In this document: positions 31,415-40,054 of the stretch, piece after piece | How the letters are laid out: the number at the start of each line of letters is the position of its first letter | Position numbering within the stretch: the stretch's first letter is position 1 | From: Candidatus Levybacteria bacterium RIFCSPHIGHO2_01_FULL_36_15b | GTDB taxonomy: Bacteria > Patescibacteriota > Microgenomatia > Levybacterales > UBA12049 | Direction of reading: 5' to 3' | NCBI GenBank assembly: GCA_001782045.1 | Contig: MFNK01000012.1 | Location: forward strand, 86,890 to 150,889 | Length of the DNA: 64,000 nucleotides | The notes under the pieces: generated by a model | What the model was told of the DNA's origin: nothing | Seen by the model: only the letters and a program-made list of their open reading frames with translations | Database searches by the model: none | Translations under genes and position numbers: made by a program

Positions 31415-32677
31415 TTAATAATCTTGAATATGAGCCACTCCTTTTGGAGTCTTATAAAAGATTATAAAAGTTGTACCTGCTAAAAACACGATCAAAGTTG
31501 CAATTATTACCGGAGTTCCCGGTGTAAATGCCGCAGCAATAAATCCCGAGGCAATTGGAGGAATAAGTTGCGCTAGTGCTACTACACTTGCGTTAATTCC
31601 TAAAACCTCTCCCTGAATATGTGAATCAACAGATCTTGAAATTAATGCTCCCATGTTTGAAAAAACTAGTCCCATACAAAGCGCCTGAAGCGGTGCTACA
31701 AGGAAAATAAATAATGGAGTTGGAGCTAGGTAATTAAGTCCTATTGCCAGGCCTGCTCCTAGAATACAAATTTTTAAAACCTGCGCTTCCCTGAATTTTT
31801 TTGCAACAAGACCCGTAACTACAGACTGTGTTATTAGAAAACACAATCCAAAAAATGAGAAAAAGTTTCCGATATCTGACTGATTCCATGTGAATTTTTC
31901 AATTAAAAAGATACTCATAAAAGTTACAAAAAAAGTGAATCCTGACATAAATAAAAAATTAACAAAAAACAGAAACCTGACGTTTTTAAGCTGGAACGCT
32001 TTTCGTATGTCTATTAATGATTTGTGCCATTCAATAACCCTTTCTTTGTTAATAAACTTATTTGTTTCTTTAAGAAATTTTTTAACCTGCAAGGCGTTAA
32101 TCAAGCTTAAAGCCGCTGCGAACAAAAATGGCAGAGTGGGATTAAAAAAACTAACTATTTTAGAGTCGGATAAAAAACCTCCTAAAAAAGGCCCAATTAT
32201 AAATCCCAGTCCAAAAGCCGCCCCTATAAAACCAAAATTTTTTGCTCTATCCTGCGGTTTTGTTACATCAGCAATAGCTGCTTGAGCCGATGAAATGTTA
32301 CCGCTTGATATTCCGGCTAGGGCTCTTGATACAAAAAGAAGCGGAATATTTCTTATTGCAATTCCAATGGCAAAAAGAAGATAGGAAAAGGAAGTAAGAA
32401 AAAGAGTGTTTTGTAAAATTGGCTTGCGTCCGATTTTATCTGAAAACTGGCCAAGTATGCTCGTTGAAAAAAGCTGAGCTAGCGGAAAAGTTGCAGTTAT
32501 AAGTCCCAAAAGTATGTAGCCTGTCTCAACGCTTATGCCTTTTGGCAAAATATAAAAGTTCGAAGCGGGATCTGCCAAAAGAAGGGGAATAATTGGAATT
32601 AATATCGCAAATCCCAGCGCGTCAAGAAATATTGTGAAAATTATAGTAAAAAGCGGACTTTTAATAAATTTTGGCAT
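31415..32677 (-). CDS. MFS transporter (DHA1 / TetA-like efflux family).
   Basis: 12 TM helices. MFS motif A-like GQFSDKIGRKP between TM2 and TM3. Motif C GFIIGPFLGG in TM5. Confidence 0.8.
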   Translation of the reverse strand: MPKFIKSPLFTIIFTIFLDALGFAILIPIIPLLLADPASNFYILPKGISVETGYILLGLITATFPLAQLFSTSILGQFSDKIGRKPILQNTLFLTSFSYLLFAIGIAIRNIPLLFVSRALAGISSGNISSAQAAIADVTKPQDRAKNFGFIGAAFGLGFIIGPFLGGFLSDSKIVSFFNPTLPFLFAAALSLINALQVKKFLKETNKFINKERVIEWHKSLIDIRKAFQLKNVRFLFFVNFLFMSGFTFFVTFMSIFLIEKFTWNQSDIGNFFSFFGLCFLITQSVVTGLVAKKFREAQVLKICILGAGLAIGLNYLAPTPLFIFLVAPLQALCMGLVFSNMGALISRSVDSHIQGEVLGINASVVALAQLIPPIASGFIAAAFTPGTPVIIATLIVFLAGTTFIIFYKTPKGVAHIQDY

Positions 32678-32799
32678 AAAGTAAGATTATAGCGAGAAAT
32701 TCGGAAAAAGAGAAGAGTTACTTAGCCGTGGCCTCAAGACCTTTAATATCAAGCTTTTCCATGGGGAAATTTTAACTCCTTGCTTTCTATTTGCCAGAG

Positions 32800-33507
32800 T
32801 TATTGTAGTTCTTGCCCTTGATTAACTTTTCCAAATGGGGATTGCAATTGAAAAGTAGCACCCAATTGCTCTGCCCATTTTAAATATGGCATCGATGGGT
32901 CTCGCAAGCTAGATAGACTAAAATTATAGATCATAGAAAACCAATCATAACTAACTATTTGAGGCAATTTTACTGTTTCGACCACGCCATTTTTTAATCT
33001 ATTATTGATGATAACTTGATTGTTTTCCAAAACAACTTCTGGTTCTGTTTCTTCACCGTTCGTTAAACTAGAATCGGCAAATTTAACTTCGCTAAATCTC
33101 ATGGCTCCTTCTACATCTTTGTAATTTGCAGTTGTTCTCGAGGGCCAGTTTGGCCAATTTATATTCCTAGTACTGAACCCGACCTCTAAAGCGATGGAAT
33201 GAGGGTCTCTCACTTTCCATGTTTCGATAAAAAATAAAGGATTTTCTCTATTCTCTGAATCTATGTACCATCTATTCTTAGTAATTCCTTCTTCGTGATC
33301 AAAAAAATAATTAGCAATTATACCGCCATTTCTTTCAACGTAATAAATATGAGGAATATATTTGTCGCTTTTTATAAGAGCTAAATCAGGAGTCAGTGCC
33401 TCTTTTTCGAAGCTATCCTTTTCGTATCTTTCAAGTTCATAAACTCGTCTTTCTGCTAATTCTTTGTCCAGCCCATCGATGAATTGAGGTGATTCCGCTA
33501 AACTCAT
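32800..33507 (-). CDS. Hypothetical protein.
   Basis: 235 aa with no recognisable motif. Preceded by an AAGGAG RBS inside a duplicated 5'-UTR module. Confidence 0.4.
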   Translation of the reverse strand: MSLAESPQFIDGLDKELAERRVYELERYEKDSFEKEALTPDLALIKSDKYIPHIYYVERNGGIIANYFFDHEEGITKNRWYIDSENRENPLFFIETWKVRDPHSIALEVGFSTRNINWPNWPSRTTANYKDVEGAMRFSEVKFADSSLTNGEETEPEVVLENNQVIINNRLKNGVVETVKLPQIVSYDWFSMIYNFSLSSLRDPSMPYLKWAEQLGATFQLQSPFGKVNQGQELQ

Positions 33508-33548
33508 GTGATAATTTTACTCCTTATGCCTTCTATTTGCCAGAGAAT

Positions 33549-34004
33549 TTATTTTACATAATGAATTTTGATTCCTAATCTTTTTGCTGTTTCGTGTTCA
33601 TCCGATGCTCCTTCGGACTTTTCCCAGCGAGGAGTCATAAAAATGTCGGTAACTTTTCCAAGCTCTAAAACTTCTCGCCAAAAATGAAGAAAAGCCATCC
33701 TTCTTTCTGGCCTCTCGAGTCTTATTTCCTCTAGTCTGTACCAAAGATCTGGGTTTTCAAATATGTCTGTAGCAGAAAAAATTGGGAAGTCATATTCGGT
33801 TCTAATTCTTTGAGTATGTCGATCCAATATTTTTCTGTTCTCATCGACCCTGTTTTCTCCGTCCGAGCCAATAATACCTGCGACATAGCCAATTCTTGAA
33901 TCGCCCGTTTCTTTTCGTGTTTTCTCAAATAGAGAAATTACTGCGTCTAAAACATGTCCTAAAGTAGTAGCCTTAACGGTTACTTCGGCAAATTCCTTTT
34001 TCAT
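33549..34004 (-). CDS. Hypothetical protein, possibly nucleoside 2-deoxyribosyltransferase-like (DUF4406-like).
   Basis: RIGYVAGIIGSDGEN...FPIFSATDIFENP resembles the (I/V)YxAGP...NPA pattern of the DUF4406 / deoxyribosyltransferase-like fold. This is a tentative call from memory. Confidence 0.35.
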   Translation of the reverse strand: MKKEFAEVTVKATTLGHVLDAVISLFEKTRKETGDSRIGYVAGIIGSDGENRVDENRKILDRHTQRIRTEYDFPIFSATDIFENPDLWYRLEEIRLERPERRMAFLHFWREVLELGKVTDIFMTPRWEKSEGASDEHETAKRLGIKIHYVK

Positions 34005-34011
34005 GCGGCAA

Positions 34012-35055
34012 TTATAGTCCTTCGGAAAATTGTTCTTTGTAAAAATTAATTGTGTTTAAAACTGCATTTGACCAGCCGGATGGAAGTAGATTATGGTCTG
34101 CTCCAGGATATTTAAAGTAGCTGACATTTACATCATTTTTTTCTAAAGTCTCTACTAATTCATCGGACCACCAGTAAGGAACTTCCTGGTCGTTTAGCCC
34201 CTGATTTACAAGTATTGGCGCTTTAATCCACTTGTAATATTTTTCAGGAGAAAATAATTCTATATCGTATAAATCTTCGAAATTTGAAAGTGATTTCCTT
34301 AAGAGTTCTCCTTGGTCATCGTATTCATCTGTGTAATAAAGAATTGAATAAGGGAAAGACTTGGAAACAGGTGCCCATAAAACAGTAGGGTAGGCGTTTC
34401 CAGTAATTGCAAGAGAGACAAGCGCGATATGTCCACCGTTGCTGTGGCCCCAAATTCCTATTTTCTCCAAATTTGCAGAAATTGTCCCGGCGTATTCTGA
34501 TTCAAACACCTTATTTAAAGTGGGGAGAGAAGATAAAAGAGTAAGTGCAGTTGTATATGTTTGAAATCTTCCTTCAAACGAGTCTGCAGGGGCATCAGAT
34601 TCTCCAAATCCCAAAAAATCAGGAGCTAGCGTAATAAAGCCGTTTTTTGAAAGCTCTCGTGCAGAAGGCTGCGTTCCAGACCCCGGTTTATAAACATCAT
34701 CAGGAATAAAACCGCGAAACATTACAACAATTGGATATTCGCCTTCCTTTTTAGGAATATTGGCAAGTCCTGATACTTTTACCATGTCTTTGCTATTAGG
34801 CGTTTTTGGAACGTAAAAATAAAATATTTGTTGAAATGAATTTTCATTCTCACTTACGACGTCTCCAAATTTTATTTGATTTTGGGGAAACTGTGTTTTC
34901 TTTAAATTCTCAAAAGTGTAGGCAAGAAGAGGTCGGGGTATAGGTAAATCTTGTACTATATTATTTCTAAACCACTGGTTTTGGAAGATATATAATGATT
35001 CCATCAAAGCAATTAGAAATAAAAATATACAAAGCAGTCCTAATATCTTTTTCAT
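34012..35055 (-). CDS. Alpha/beta hydrolase (dienelactone hydrolase / S9 peptidase-like), secreted or membrane-anchored.
   Basis: N-terminal hydrophobic segment, a nucleophile elbow GHSNGG (GxSxG) and a downstream Asp/His consistent with a catalytic triad. Confidence 0.7.
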   Translation of the reverse strand: MKKILGLLCIFLFLIALMESLYIFQNQWFRNNIVQDLPIPRPLLAYTFENLKKTQFPQNQIKFGDVVSENENSFQQIFYFYVPKTPNSKDMVKVSGLANIPKKEGEYPIVVMFRGFIPDDVYKPGSGTQPSARELSKNGFITLAPDFLGFGESDAPADSFEGRFQTYTTALTLLSSLPTLNKVFESEYAGTISANLEKIGIWGHSNGGHIALVSLAITGNAYPTVLWAPVSKSFPYSILYYTDEYDDQGELLRKSLSNFEDLYDIELFSPEKYYKWIKAPILVNQGLNDQEVPYWWSDELVETLEKNDVNVSYFKYPGADHNLLPSGWSNAVLNTINFYKEQFSEGL

Positions 35056-35072
35056 GGCGCAATTATAGCAGA

Positions 35073-35801
35073 CTATTTTCTGACAAAAACATTTTTACTC
35101 CTTTTTGCTTCATAAATTAAAATATTAAAATGGCGATAATCCTCATACTCAAGCGTCCAGACTCCTAAGTCCGAATGAGATCGGTCTTTTATTGCTGCCA
35201 TTAAGTCTATGAAACTTTTTGCAACTTGTTTATCCCGAAAAATATGAGTCCTGTCCGTACGAAACAGAGCAAAAACTCTCGCAGGTGTCACGACAAGCTC
35301 AATAATATTACCATCTCTTAATATAGATAGCGCATCTGATGAAGATGGCTTAGCATCTATGGGATGAGTATGTATAACCCCAACCTCGTTTGGTTTAGGC
35401 GTATGAATTAGGCTGGCACCCGCTTTATGTTTTTCTGATTTTCCTCCATTTATCTTTTCAACCAAAAGCTTCATGCCTGATTTATCAATTACCAAGCTCC
35501 TGCTAACTTCTAACCCTGATTTTGCAACTTTTGCAGATTCAGGAAAATCTGTATTCGAAATTACCCCAGGGCGTTTTATCGGAAGCATTTCCTGAAATGT
35601 GTCCATAAGACCTTGTCCCACTGTAAATCTATTAGGGATAAAACGTTCCGGGATTCCGGTTGCTTGATTTAGAATAATTATTCTTTTCCACTGCTCCCAA
35701 GGAACAGGAGGATTTTCTTTTGGGAAAAGTTCTGCAATGGATAATCGTAATCTCTCTGAAAGTGACTTTGCTTGAGTATTTTGGCCTATTCTTCTTTCCA
35801 T
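35073..35801 (-). CDS. Hypothetical protein with a JAB/MPN (RadC-like) metal-binding motif. Start re-assigned to Met22 of the tracked ORF (35073..35864).
   Basis: IHTHPIDAKPSSSD resembles the JAMM/RadC motif HxHPx6SxxD, one residue short. The ATG at 35799-35801 carries the same TATAATTGCCCGC-ATG upstream module as three neighbouring genes. The longer ORF has no such signal and would overlap the RBS of the convergent gene. Confidence 0.45.
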   Translation of the reverse strand: MERRIGQNTQAKSLSERLRLSIAELFPKENPPVPWEQWKRIIILNQATGIPERFIPNRFTVGQGLMDTFQEMLPIKRPGVISNTDFPESAKVAKSGLEVSRSLVIDKSGMKLLVEKINGGKSEKHKAGASLIHTPKPNEVGVIHTHPIDAKPSSSDALSILRDGNIIELVVTPARVFALFRTDRTHIFRDKQVAKSFIDLMAAIKDRSHSDLGVWTLEYEDYRHFNILIYEAKRSKNVFVRK

Positions 35802-35883
35802 GCGGGCAATTATAGCAGAAGCGAAAAATTCTTTGAAATCGGTCTTCAAATGTGTTACGCTCAAACTAAGAGAGGAGGCAGAA

Positions 35884-36134
35884 TGGCTAAGGACACCTTA
35901 ATTGGAAAAGTAATCCACTACTACGACAAAATAGAAGTAGCCGTTATCCAGCTTAGCAAAGGGCTTAAGGTTGGGGATAAAGTTAAGTTTGTTCACGGAG
36001 AAGATAGTTTCGAGCAAGATGTAGAGTCAATGCAACTTGAGCACGTTCAAATAACCGAAGGTAAAAAGGGGCAAGAAATTGCAATAAAAGTTGACAAAAA
36101 AGTTAGTTCAGGGACACTGGTTTATTTAGTTTAA
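35884..36134 (+). CDS. Small (83 aa) beta-rich protein of unknown function (TRAM / EF-Tu domain-2-like by composition).
   Basis: Strong SD AGAGGAGG 8 nt upstream of the ATG at 35884. The tracked ORF from 35772 is a 5' over-extension. Confidence 0.5.
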
Positions 36135-36137
36135 TTA

Positions 36138-36587
36138 TTATAAAGTTTGAAGCCAGCGGTTAATAAAATAAACTGAGAAAACTGTCGATATTACAAAAAT
36201 ACACTGCCAGAAAAGTTGGTAGATAAACCAAATTGCCTCTCCATTAATTAATTTATGAAAATTTAGGGTTTGCGGAGGATTACGGTTTTTAAATGCAAAC
36301 TGTTCGTTTAACCAATAAATTGTTTCTCCCAAACTTCTTATAACCCAAAACAAAGAAACAAAAAGCAGGAATAAATACCAGTTGTTCAATAATAATGAAA
36401 TTGCTGAGGAAATTATCCAAAACGGCCCGAGAACAAACATGTCACCCCAAACAAAAGCGCCAATAAAAAATAAGTATTTTGTCAGACCATAAGGGTTTCT
36501 TTTTTTAATTTCGTAAAGTCCTTTTAAGAAAATTAGGAAGTTAAAAACTGCAAAGCACGCTATAAATGTTTGCTGCCAAAATTCCAT
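36138..36587 (-). CDS. Hypothetical polytopic membrane protein (4 TM).
   Basis: Hydrophobic profile only. Its start carries the shared TATAATTGCGCC-ATG module. Confidence 0.4.
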   Translation of the reverse strand: MEFWQQTFIACFAVFNFLIFLKGLYEIKKRNPYGLTKYLFFIGAFVWGDMFVLGPFWIISSAISLLLNNWYLFLLFVSLFWVIRSLGETIYWLNEQFAFKNRNPPQTLNFHKLINGEAIWFIYQLFWQCIFVISTVFSVYFINRWLQTL

Positions 36588-36624
36588 GGCGCAATTATAT
36601 CAAACTTGCTTTTACTCTCCTTAG

Positions 36625-37056
36625 ATGTATAATCCATTTATGCAAAATACAGAAAGAAGATCTGGGCTCCGAAGATTTATCCCATTTATAAGAGAAAAAA
36701 AAATACCCGTTTCCCCTGTTATAGAAGAAGTAAAAAATGGTGAATTAAACATTCCGGCAGATGCTTATTCTAAGGCAGGCACAGTAGAGGCTCATGTTGT
36801 AACAAAAAGATTTAATGGAGAATGGAAAACAACAGTTAATATTCCTGATTATGGACATCGTGTTGTTGGAGTGAAGAATTTTGCAGCGGAGTCTTTAGAG
36901 GAAGCTTTGAAAGAAGAAAGAAGCTTCATGAAAGATAAAACGGGTGTAGAAGAGCCTAGTCCTATTGAGTTTAATTATGGAGACACACCCCTAGAAAAAA
37001 GAATAGTAATAAGCGACTATTCACAAAGAATTTATACCCTTAAAAAAAAGAATTAG
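36625..37056 (+). CDS. Hypothetical protein.
   Basis: 143 aa with no motif. TGTATAAT lies 6 nt before the ATG. Confidence 0.4.
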   Translation: MYNPFMQNTERRSGLRRFIPFIREKKIPVSPVIEEVKNGELNIPADAYSKAGTVEAHVVTKRFNGEWKTTVNIPDYGHRVVGVKNFAAESLEEALKEERSFMKDKTGVEEPSPIEFNYGDTPLEKRIVISDYSQRIYTLKKKN

Positions 37057-37057
37057 C

Positions 37058-37564
37058 CTATTTAATAGTTGAAATTTGTTGTAATTCTTTTTTAATTTCC
37101 TCATCTGTTTTGTTTCCGAAGCTTACTAATAATTTATCTTTCTGATTGACCTCTCTTGCTAGAGCATTCACATCTTCCTTCCCGTTAATAAAAAATCTTA
37201 ATTTTTGGGAATCGTTAGTGCAAAAGACTTGTCCAGTTCCGGTTGTTAGACATTCTTTAGTAAGCTTCATAGGAAGTGTTTTGAAAAAGCCGTCCCAAGT
37301 TATTCCTTTCGTTTTAACAATAATTATATTTGCTTCTTCCATATAAACGTCTTTTGATTGGAAGTGGTATTTAGGGTCTGAAAAAATTCTAAAGATATTA
37401 TTAGTAAAAATTGCAAACGAAGCTTTTACAATTTTTACATCTTTTACTTCGGGCGTAGGAGAAAAAGATTTGCCAACTCCGGACTTATTCTCTGAAGAGT
37501 ACAAATTAAAAATAATAAATGCAGAAAAAATCAACCCTATAACTAGAAGTAAAATTCTTTTCAT
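37058..37564 (-). CDS. Hypothetical secreted / membrane-anchored protein.
   Basis: N-terminal signal/anchor MKRILLLVIGLIFSAFIIF. Confidence 0.4.
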   Translation of the reverse strand: MKRILLLVIGLIFSAFIIFNLYSSENKSGVGKSFSPTPEVKDVKIVKASFAIFTNNIFRIFSDPKYHFQSKDVYMEEANIIIVKTKGITWDGFFKTLPMKLTKECLTTGTGQVFCTNDSQKLRFFINGKEDVNALAREVNQKDKLLVSFGNKTDEEIKKELQQISTIK

Positions 37565-37590
37565 TTAAGAAGGAGCATTAGTTTTAAAAT

Positions 37591-38070
37591 CTAAGTAATA
37601 TTTTTCTTATTTCTGTTTCTCTTGTGGATTATCAATGCTGTAATCAAGGAAACTAAGAATATCATAGAACCTATAAAACAAGCTGTCGTAAAAATATTAT
37701 CTGTAGCAACGCCTGAACAGGATACTTTTGGGCCCATCTTTTGAGCATAGAAATTGTAAACTTCTAGAGATAAATTTGACCACGCAAAAATAGTTCCTCC
37801 TACAAGAAAAATTGAAAGAAATTTTTGATGCTTAATTTTTTTCTCTGCAGTGGTTTTAAGAATATATAACGACCAAATAAACGCTCCCAAAAAGGCGAAA
37901 GCTCCATAAAAGCAAGGAGTAGTGATGGGATTTGGGATAATACAATTCTGCACCCTAGTAAGTGAATGATAAATATTATAAAAGCGCGTGAAATCACCGT
38001 AAACTGTAAACCATGCAAATAAAGTACCTACAAGTAAAAAAAACGATTGCAATAAATGCATTTTTTTCAT
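37591..38070 (-). CDS. 4-TM membrane protein with a cysteine pair in each extracytoplasmic loop (DsbB/VKOR-like topology; function unproven).
   Basis: Loop 1 has CIIPNPITTPC and loop 2 has CSGVATDNIFTTAC. Four TM helices and a positively charged C-terminus. It overlaps the next gene by 4 nt. Confidence 0.4.
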   Translation of the reverse strand: MKKMHLLQSFFLLVGTLFAWFTVYGDFTRFYNIYHSLTRVQNCIIPNPITTPCFYGAFAFLGAFIWSLYILKTTAEKKIKHQKFLSIFLVGGTIFAWSNLSLEVYNFYAQKMGPKVSCSGVATDNIFTTACFIGSMIFLVSLITALIIHKRNRNKKNIT

Positions 38071-38381
38071 AAGAACATTTTATAAATTCCGGAAAAGAAA
38101 ACTATAAAAATAACCAATGTCATTACAGCAAATATAGCAAGAGTTTTACTAAATAAATTGACAGACTCTTTTTTCTTTCCGTCAAGATAAAGCCGCAAGG
38201 GCTGAAAAACAAAAACGTATCCCATCACAGCTGCAGATAATGTAAATAAAGAAAGAATTGCAATTGGGCCAATTACGGATTTAACCTGTCCTACCATACC
38301 ACTGCCATAATACATAACTGATGCAATTAATATTATATAAAGTAGTGCAGTGGAGGCATTAAGAAGAGGGTTTTTACTCAT
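38067..38381 (-). CDS. Small 3-TM membrane protein, co-transcribed with 37591..38070.
   Basis: Hydrophobic profile and the 4-nt overlap with the downstream gene. Confidence 0.35.
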   Translation of the reverse strand: MSKNPLLNASTALLYIILIASVMYYGSGMVGQVKSVIGPIAILSLFTLSAAVMGYVFVFQPLRLYLDGKKKESVNLFSKTLAIFAVMTLVIFIVFFSGIYKMFL

Positions 38382-38467
38382 ACCAATAATGATTATAGAC
38401 CTATTGTCAACAGTTCACAAATAATTTACTCCTATCTAAATCATGCGTATTTTGCTATAATAAATAT

Positions 38468-38905
38468 GTGCATAACGATATTTATGCAAGTGGATTTTTA
38501 TATCACCCAAAAACTGCTCAAATTCTCTTGCAACAACAAAATCCTGCCAACGAAAACTCTGCTTGGACTTTGTTTGGTGTAAATACATTCAAGAATAAAA
38601 CCGCAGAAGAATCTTTAAAAGATTTTTTCCTAAAAGAGCTAAATATTAAATTAAACTTAAAAAACATAAACATAGTTTATAATTATTTTTCAAAAGAACT
38701 TAACAAAGATAACAATGTTTATTACGTCGAAGTAAAAAGCTTACATAAAATTCCTGAATCTAAGAAAATAAATTGCGCTTGGTTTACATTTAAAAAAATT
38801 CAAAAAATGAATCTTACCGCGCAGGCAAAACACGATATAGTGGTAGGTCAGCGAGTTATAGATTCTTCTATTAGAAGAAGCCTCGGGCAGCAAACTATTG
38901 GTTAG
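38468..38905 (+). CDS. Hypothetical protein with a degenerate NUDIX-box-like segment.
   Basis: GVNTFKNKTAEESLKDFFLKELNI loosely fits Gx5Ex7REUxEExGU. TATAAT lies 7 nt before the ATG. Confidence 0.3.
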   Translation: MHNDIYASGFLYHPKTAQILLQQQNPANENSAWTLFGVNTFKNKTAEESLKDFFLKELNIKLNLKNINIVYNYFSKELNKDNNVYYVEVKSLHKIPESKKINCAWFTFKKIQKMNLTAQAKHDIVVGQRVIDSSIRRSLGQQTIG

Positions 38906-38959
38906 TTTTTCTTCAAGAACTAGACCCAAACTAAATTCTCTGGTAAAATTAACCCACAT

Positions 38960-39031
38960 TCCGCGGTAGCTCAATGGTAGAGCAGGAAACTGTTAATTTC
39001 AAGGTTCTAGGTTCGAATCCTAGCCGCGGAG
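38960..39031 (+). tRNA. tRNA-Asn (anticodon GTT).
   Basis: Manual cloverleaf: acceptor TCCGCGG/CCGCGGA, D-arm GCTC-AATGGTA-GAGC, anticodon arm GGAAA-CTGTTAA-TTTCA (U33, GTT, A37; one 27:43 mismatch), variable loop AGGTT, T-arm CTAGG-TTCGAAT-CCTAG, discriminator G. The 3' CCA is not encoded. Confidence 0.8.
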
Positions 39032-39056
39032 CAAGCTAGTGCATGGTCAACTGACC

Positions 39057-39104
39057 GAGGTCTCTATTTAGCCTATCAAGGCTTTCTAAAGACCTCATTT
39101 TTTT
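39057..39104 (+). terminator. Rho-independent terminator downstream of tRNA-Asn.
   Basis: Outer stem GAGGTCT (39057-39063) / AGACCTC (39090-39096), inner stem AGCCT/AGGCT with loop ATCA, followed by A + T7 at 39097-39104. Confidence 0.5.
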
Positions 39105-39235
39105 GTCAAACTCTCGGACCGAATTTTACCCTCAAAAGCCACCCAGTGCCAGGATTCGGACTATGACCTCGAGCATTGACATTAAAAATCTAAAAGAATA
39201 AAATCATGGCCAGATTAGGATTTTTAGGATAGTAT

Positions 39236-39691
39236 ATGAAAAATAAAATTGATTGTTATGGGGCAAGCGTAAGCATGCGCATATCGGAAGCGCAAATTCA
39301 ATGGGAAAGATTTAATGCGATGCTTGTTATAAATACAATCTTTATAGGACTTATAGGTTTTTCTTTCGGTAAAGATTTTATTGTTCCTACGCCCATTAAA
39401 GAGTTTCTTCCTTTATTTGGGATATTTCTTTGTGTTTTATGGTTTAAAGTGACAAGAAGAGGGTTTATGTGGACTCAATTTTGGACTGAAACTGCAAGGA
39501 AAATTGAAGAAAAAGATGTTGATAAAAATCAAATAAGACCGTTTAACGATGGGCTAATACACAAAATTGAAAATAAAACACTTCTAAATACTTCAATATC
39601 GTCTTATTTAATAATTGCAATATTTGCTCTTATTTATTTTGCTTTATTACTAATTACAATTAGTACATTTTTAAATAATTTATGTATTTAA
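39236..39691 (+). CDS. Hypothetical membrane protein (3-4 TM).
   Basis: Hydrophobic profile only. Confidence 0.35.
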   Translation: MKNKIDCYGASVSMRISEAQIQWERFNAMLVINTIFIGLIGFSFGKDFIVPTPIKEFLPLFGIFLCVLWFKVTRRGFMWTQFWTETARKIEEKDVDKNQIRPFNDGLIHKIENKTLLNTSISSYLIIAIFALIYFALLLITISTFLNNLCI

Positions 39692-39969
39692 ATGAAAAAA
39701 TAATGAACAAAAAAGAAATTAAAATCGAGGCATATTTAGACCAGCAAAAAAAACCTCATCAACTCATAGAAGATGTTATTGCGGAAGCAAATGAGACCAA
39801 AGGAGATAGTCAGGATCGCATAAAGCATTTGATTAAGCGTATGGCTATTGATCAAATTATATTAAAACAAAGAGCGGATAGAACTAATAATTTACTAATA
39901 ATACTTACCATAATTTCCACAATAGTAGCTATATTGTCATTAATAACTACAATTAGAGGATTTTATTAA
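39682..39969 (+). CDS. Hypothetical protein with a C-terminal TM anchor.
   Basis: 95 aa with C-terminal LLIILTIISTIVAILSLITTI. Confidence 0.3.
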   Translation: MYLNEKIMNKKEIKIEAYLDQQKKPHQLIEDVIAEANETKGDSQDRIKHLIKRMAIDQIILKQRADRTNNLLIILTIISTIVAILSLITTIRGFY

Positions 39970-39974
39970 TCTTA

Positions 39975-40048
39975 GATAACATAACTGTGATCCTTAATGG
40001 TTCTTGACCGACTCAGTGAGCTAGCCTCAATTTTCCTTCTGGTATAAT
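39975..40048 (+). repeat. Promoter module copy 1 (about 80% identical to 40572..40664): conserved GATAAYRTAACTRTGAYCC..AATGRTTCTTGACCGA block plus an extended -10 TGGTATAAT.
   Basis: Direct comparison of the two sequences. TGGTATAAT at 40040-40048 lies 6 nt upstream of the ATG at 40055. Confidence 0.55.
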
Positions 40049-40054
40049 TAAATC

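Noticed and set aside
35073-35864. Original 263-aa extent of the JAB-like ORF.
   Set aside because: The internal Met22 start carries the conserved TATAATTGCCCGC-ATG module shared with three neighbouring genes. The longer form has no promoter or SD signal and clashes with the convergent gene's RBS.
35772-35883. Upstream extension of the small plus-strand gene to the ATG at 35772.
   Set aside because: A strong SD GAGAGGAGG sits 8 nt upstream of the internal ATG at 35884. The extension would overlap the convergent gene's start region and has no SD, so the shorter 83-aa form is preferred.
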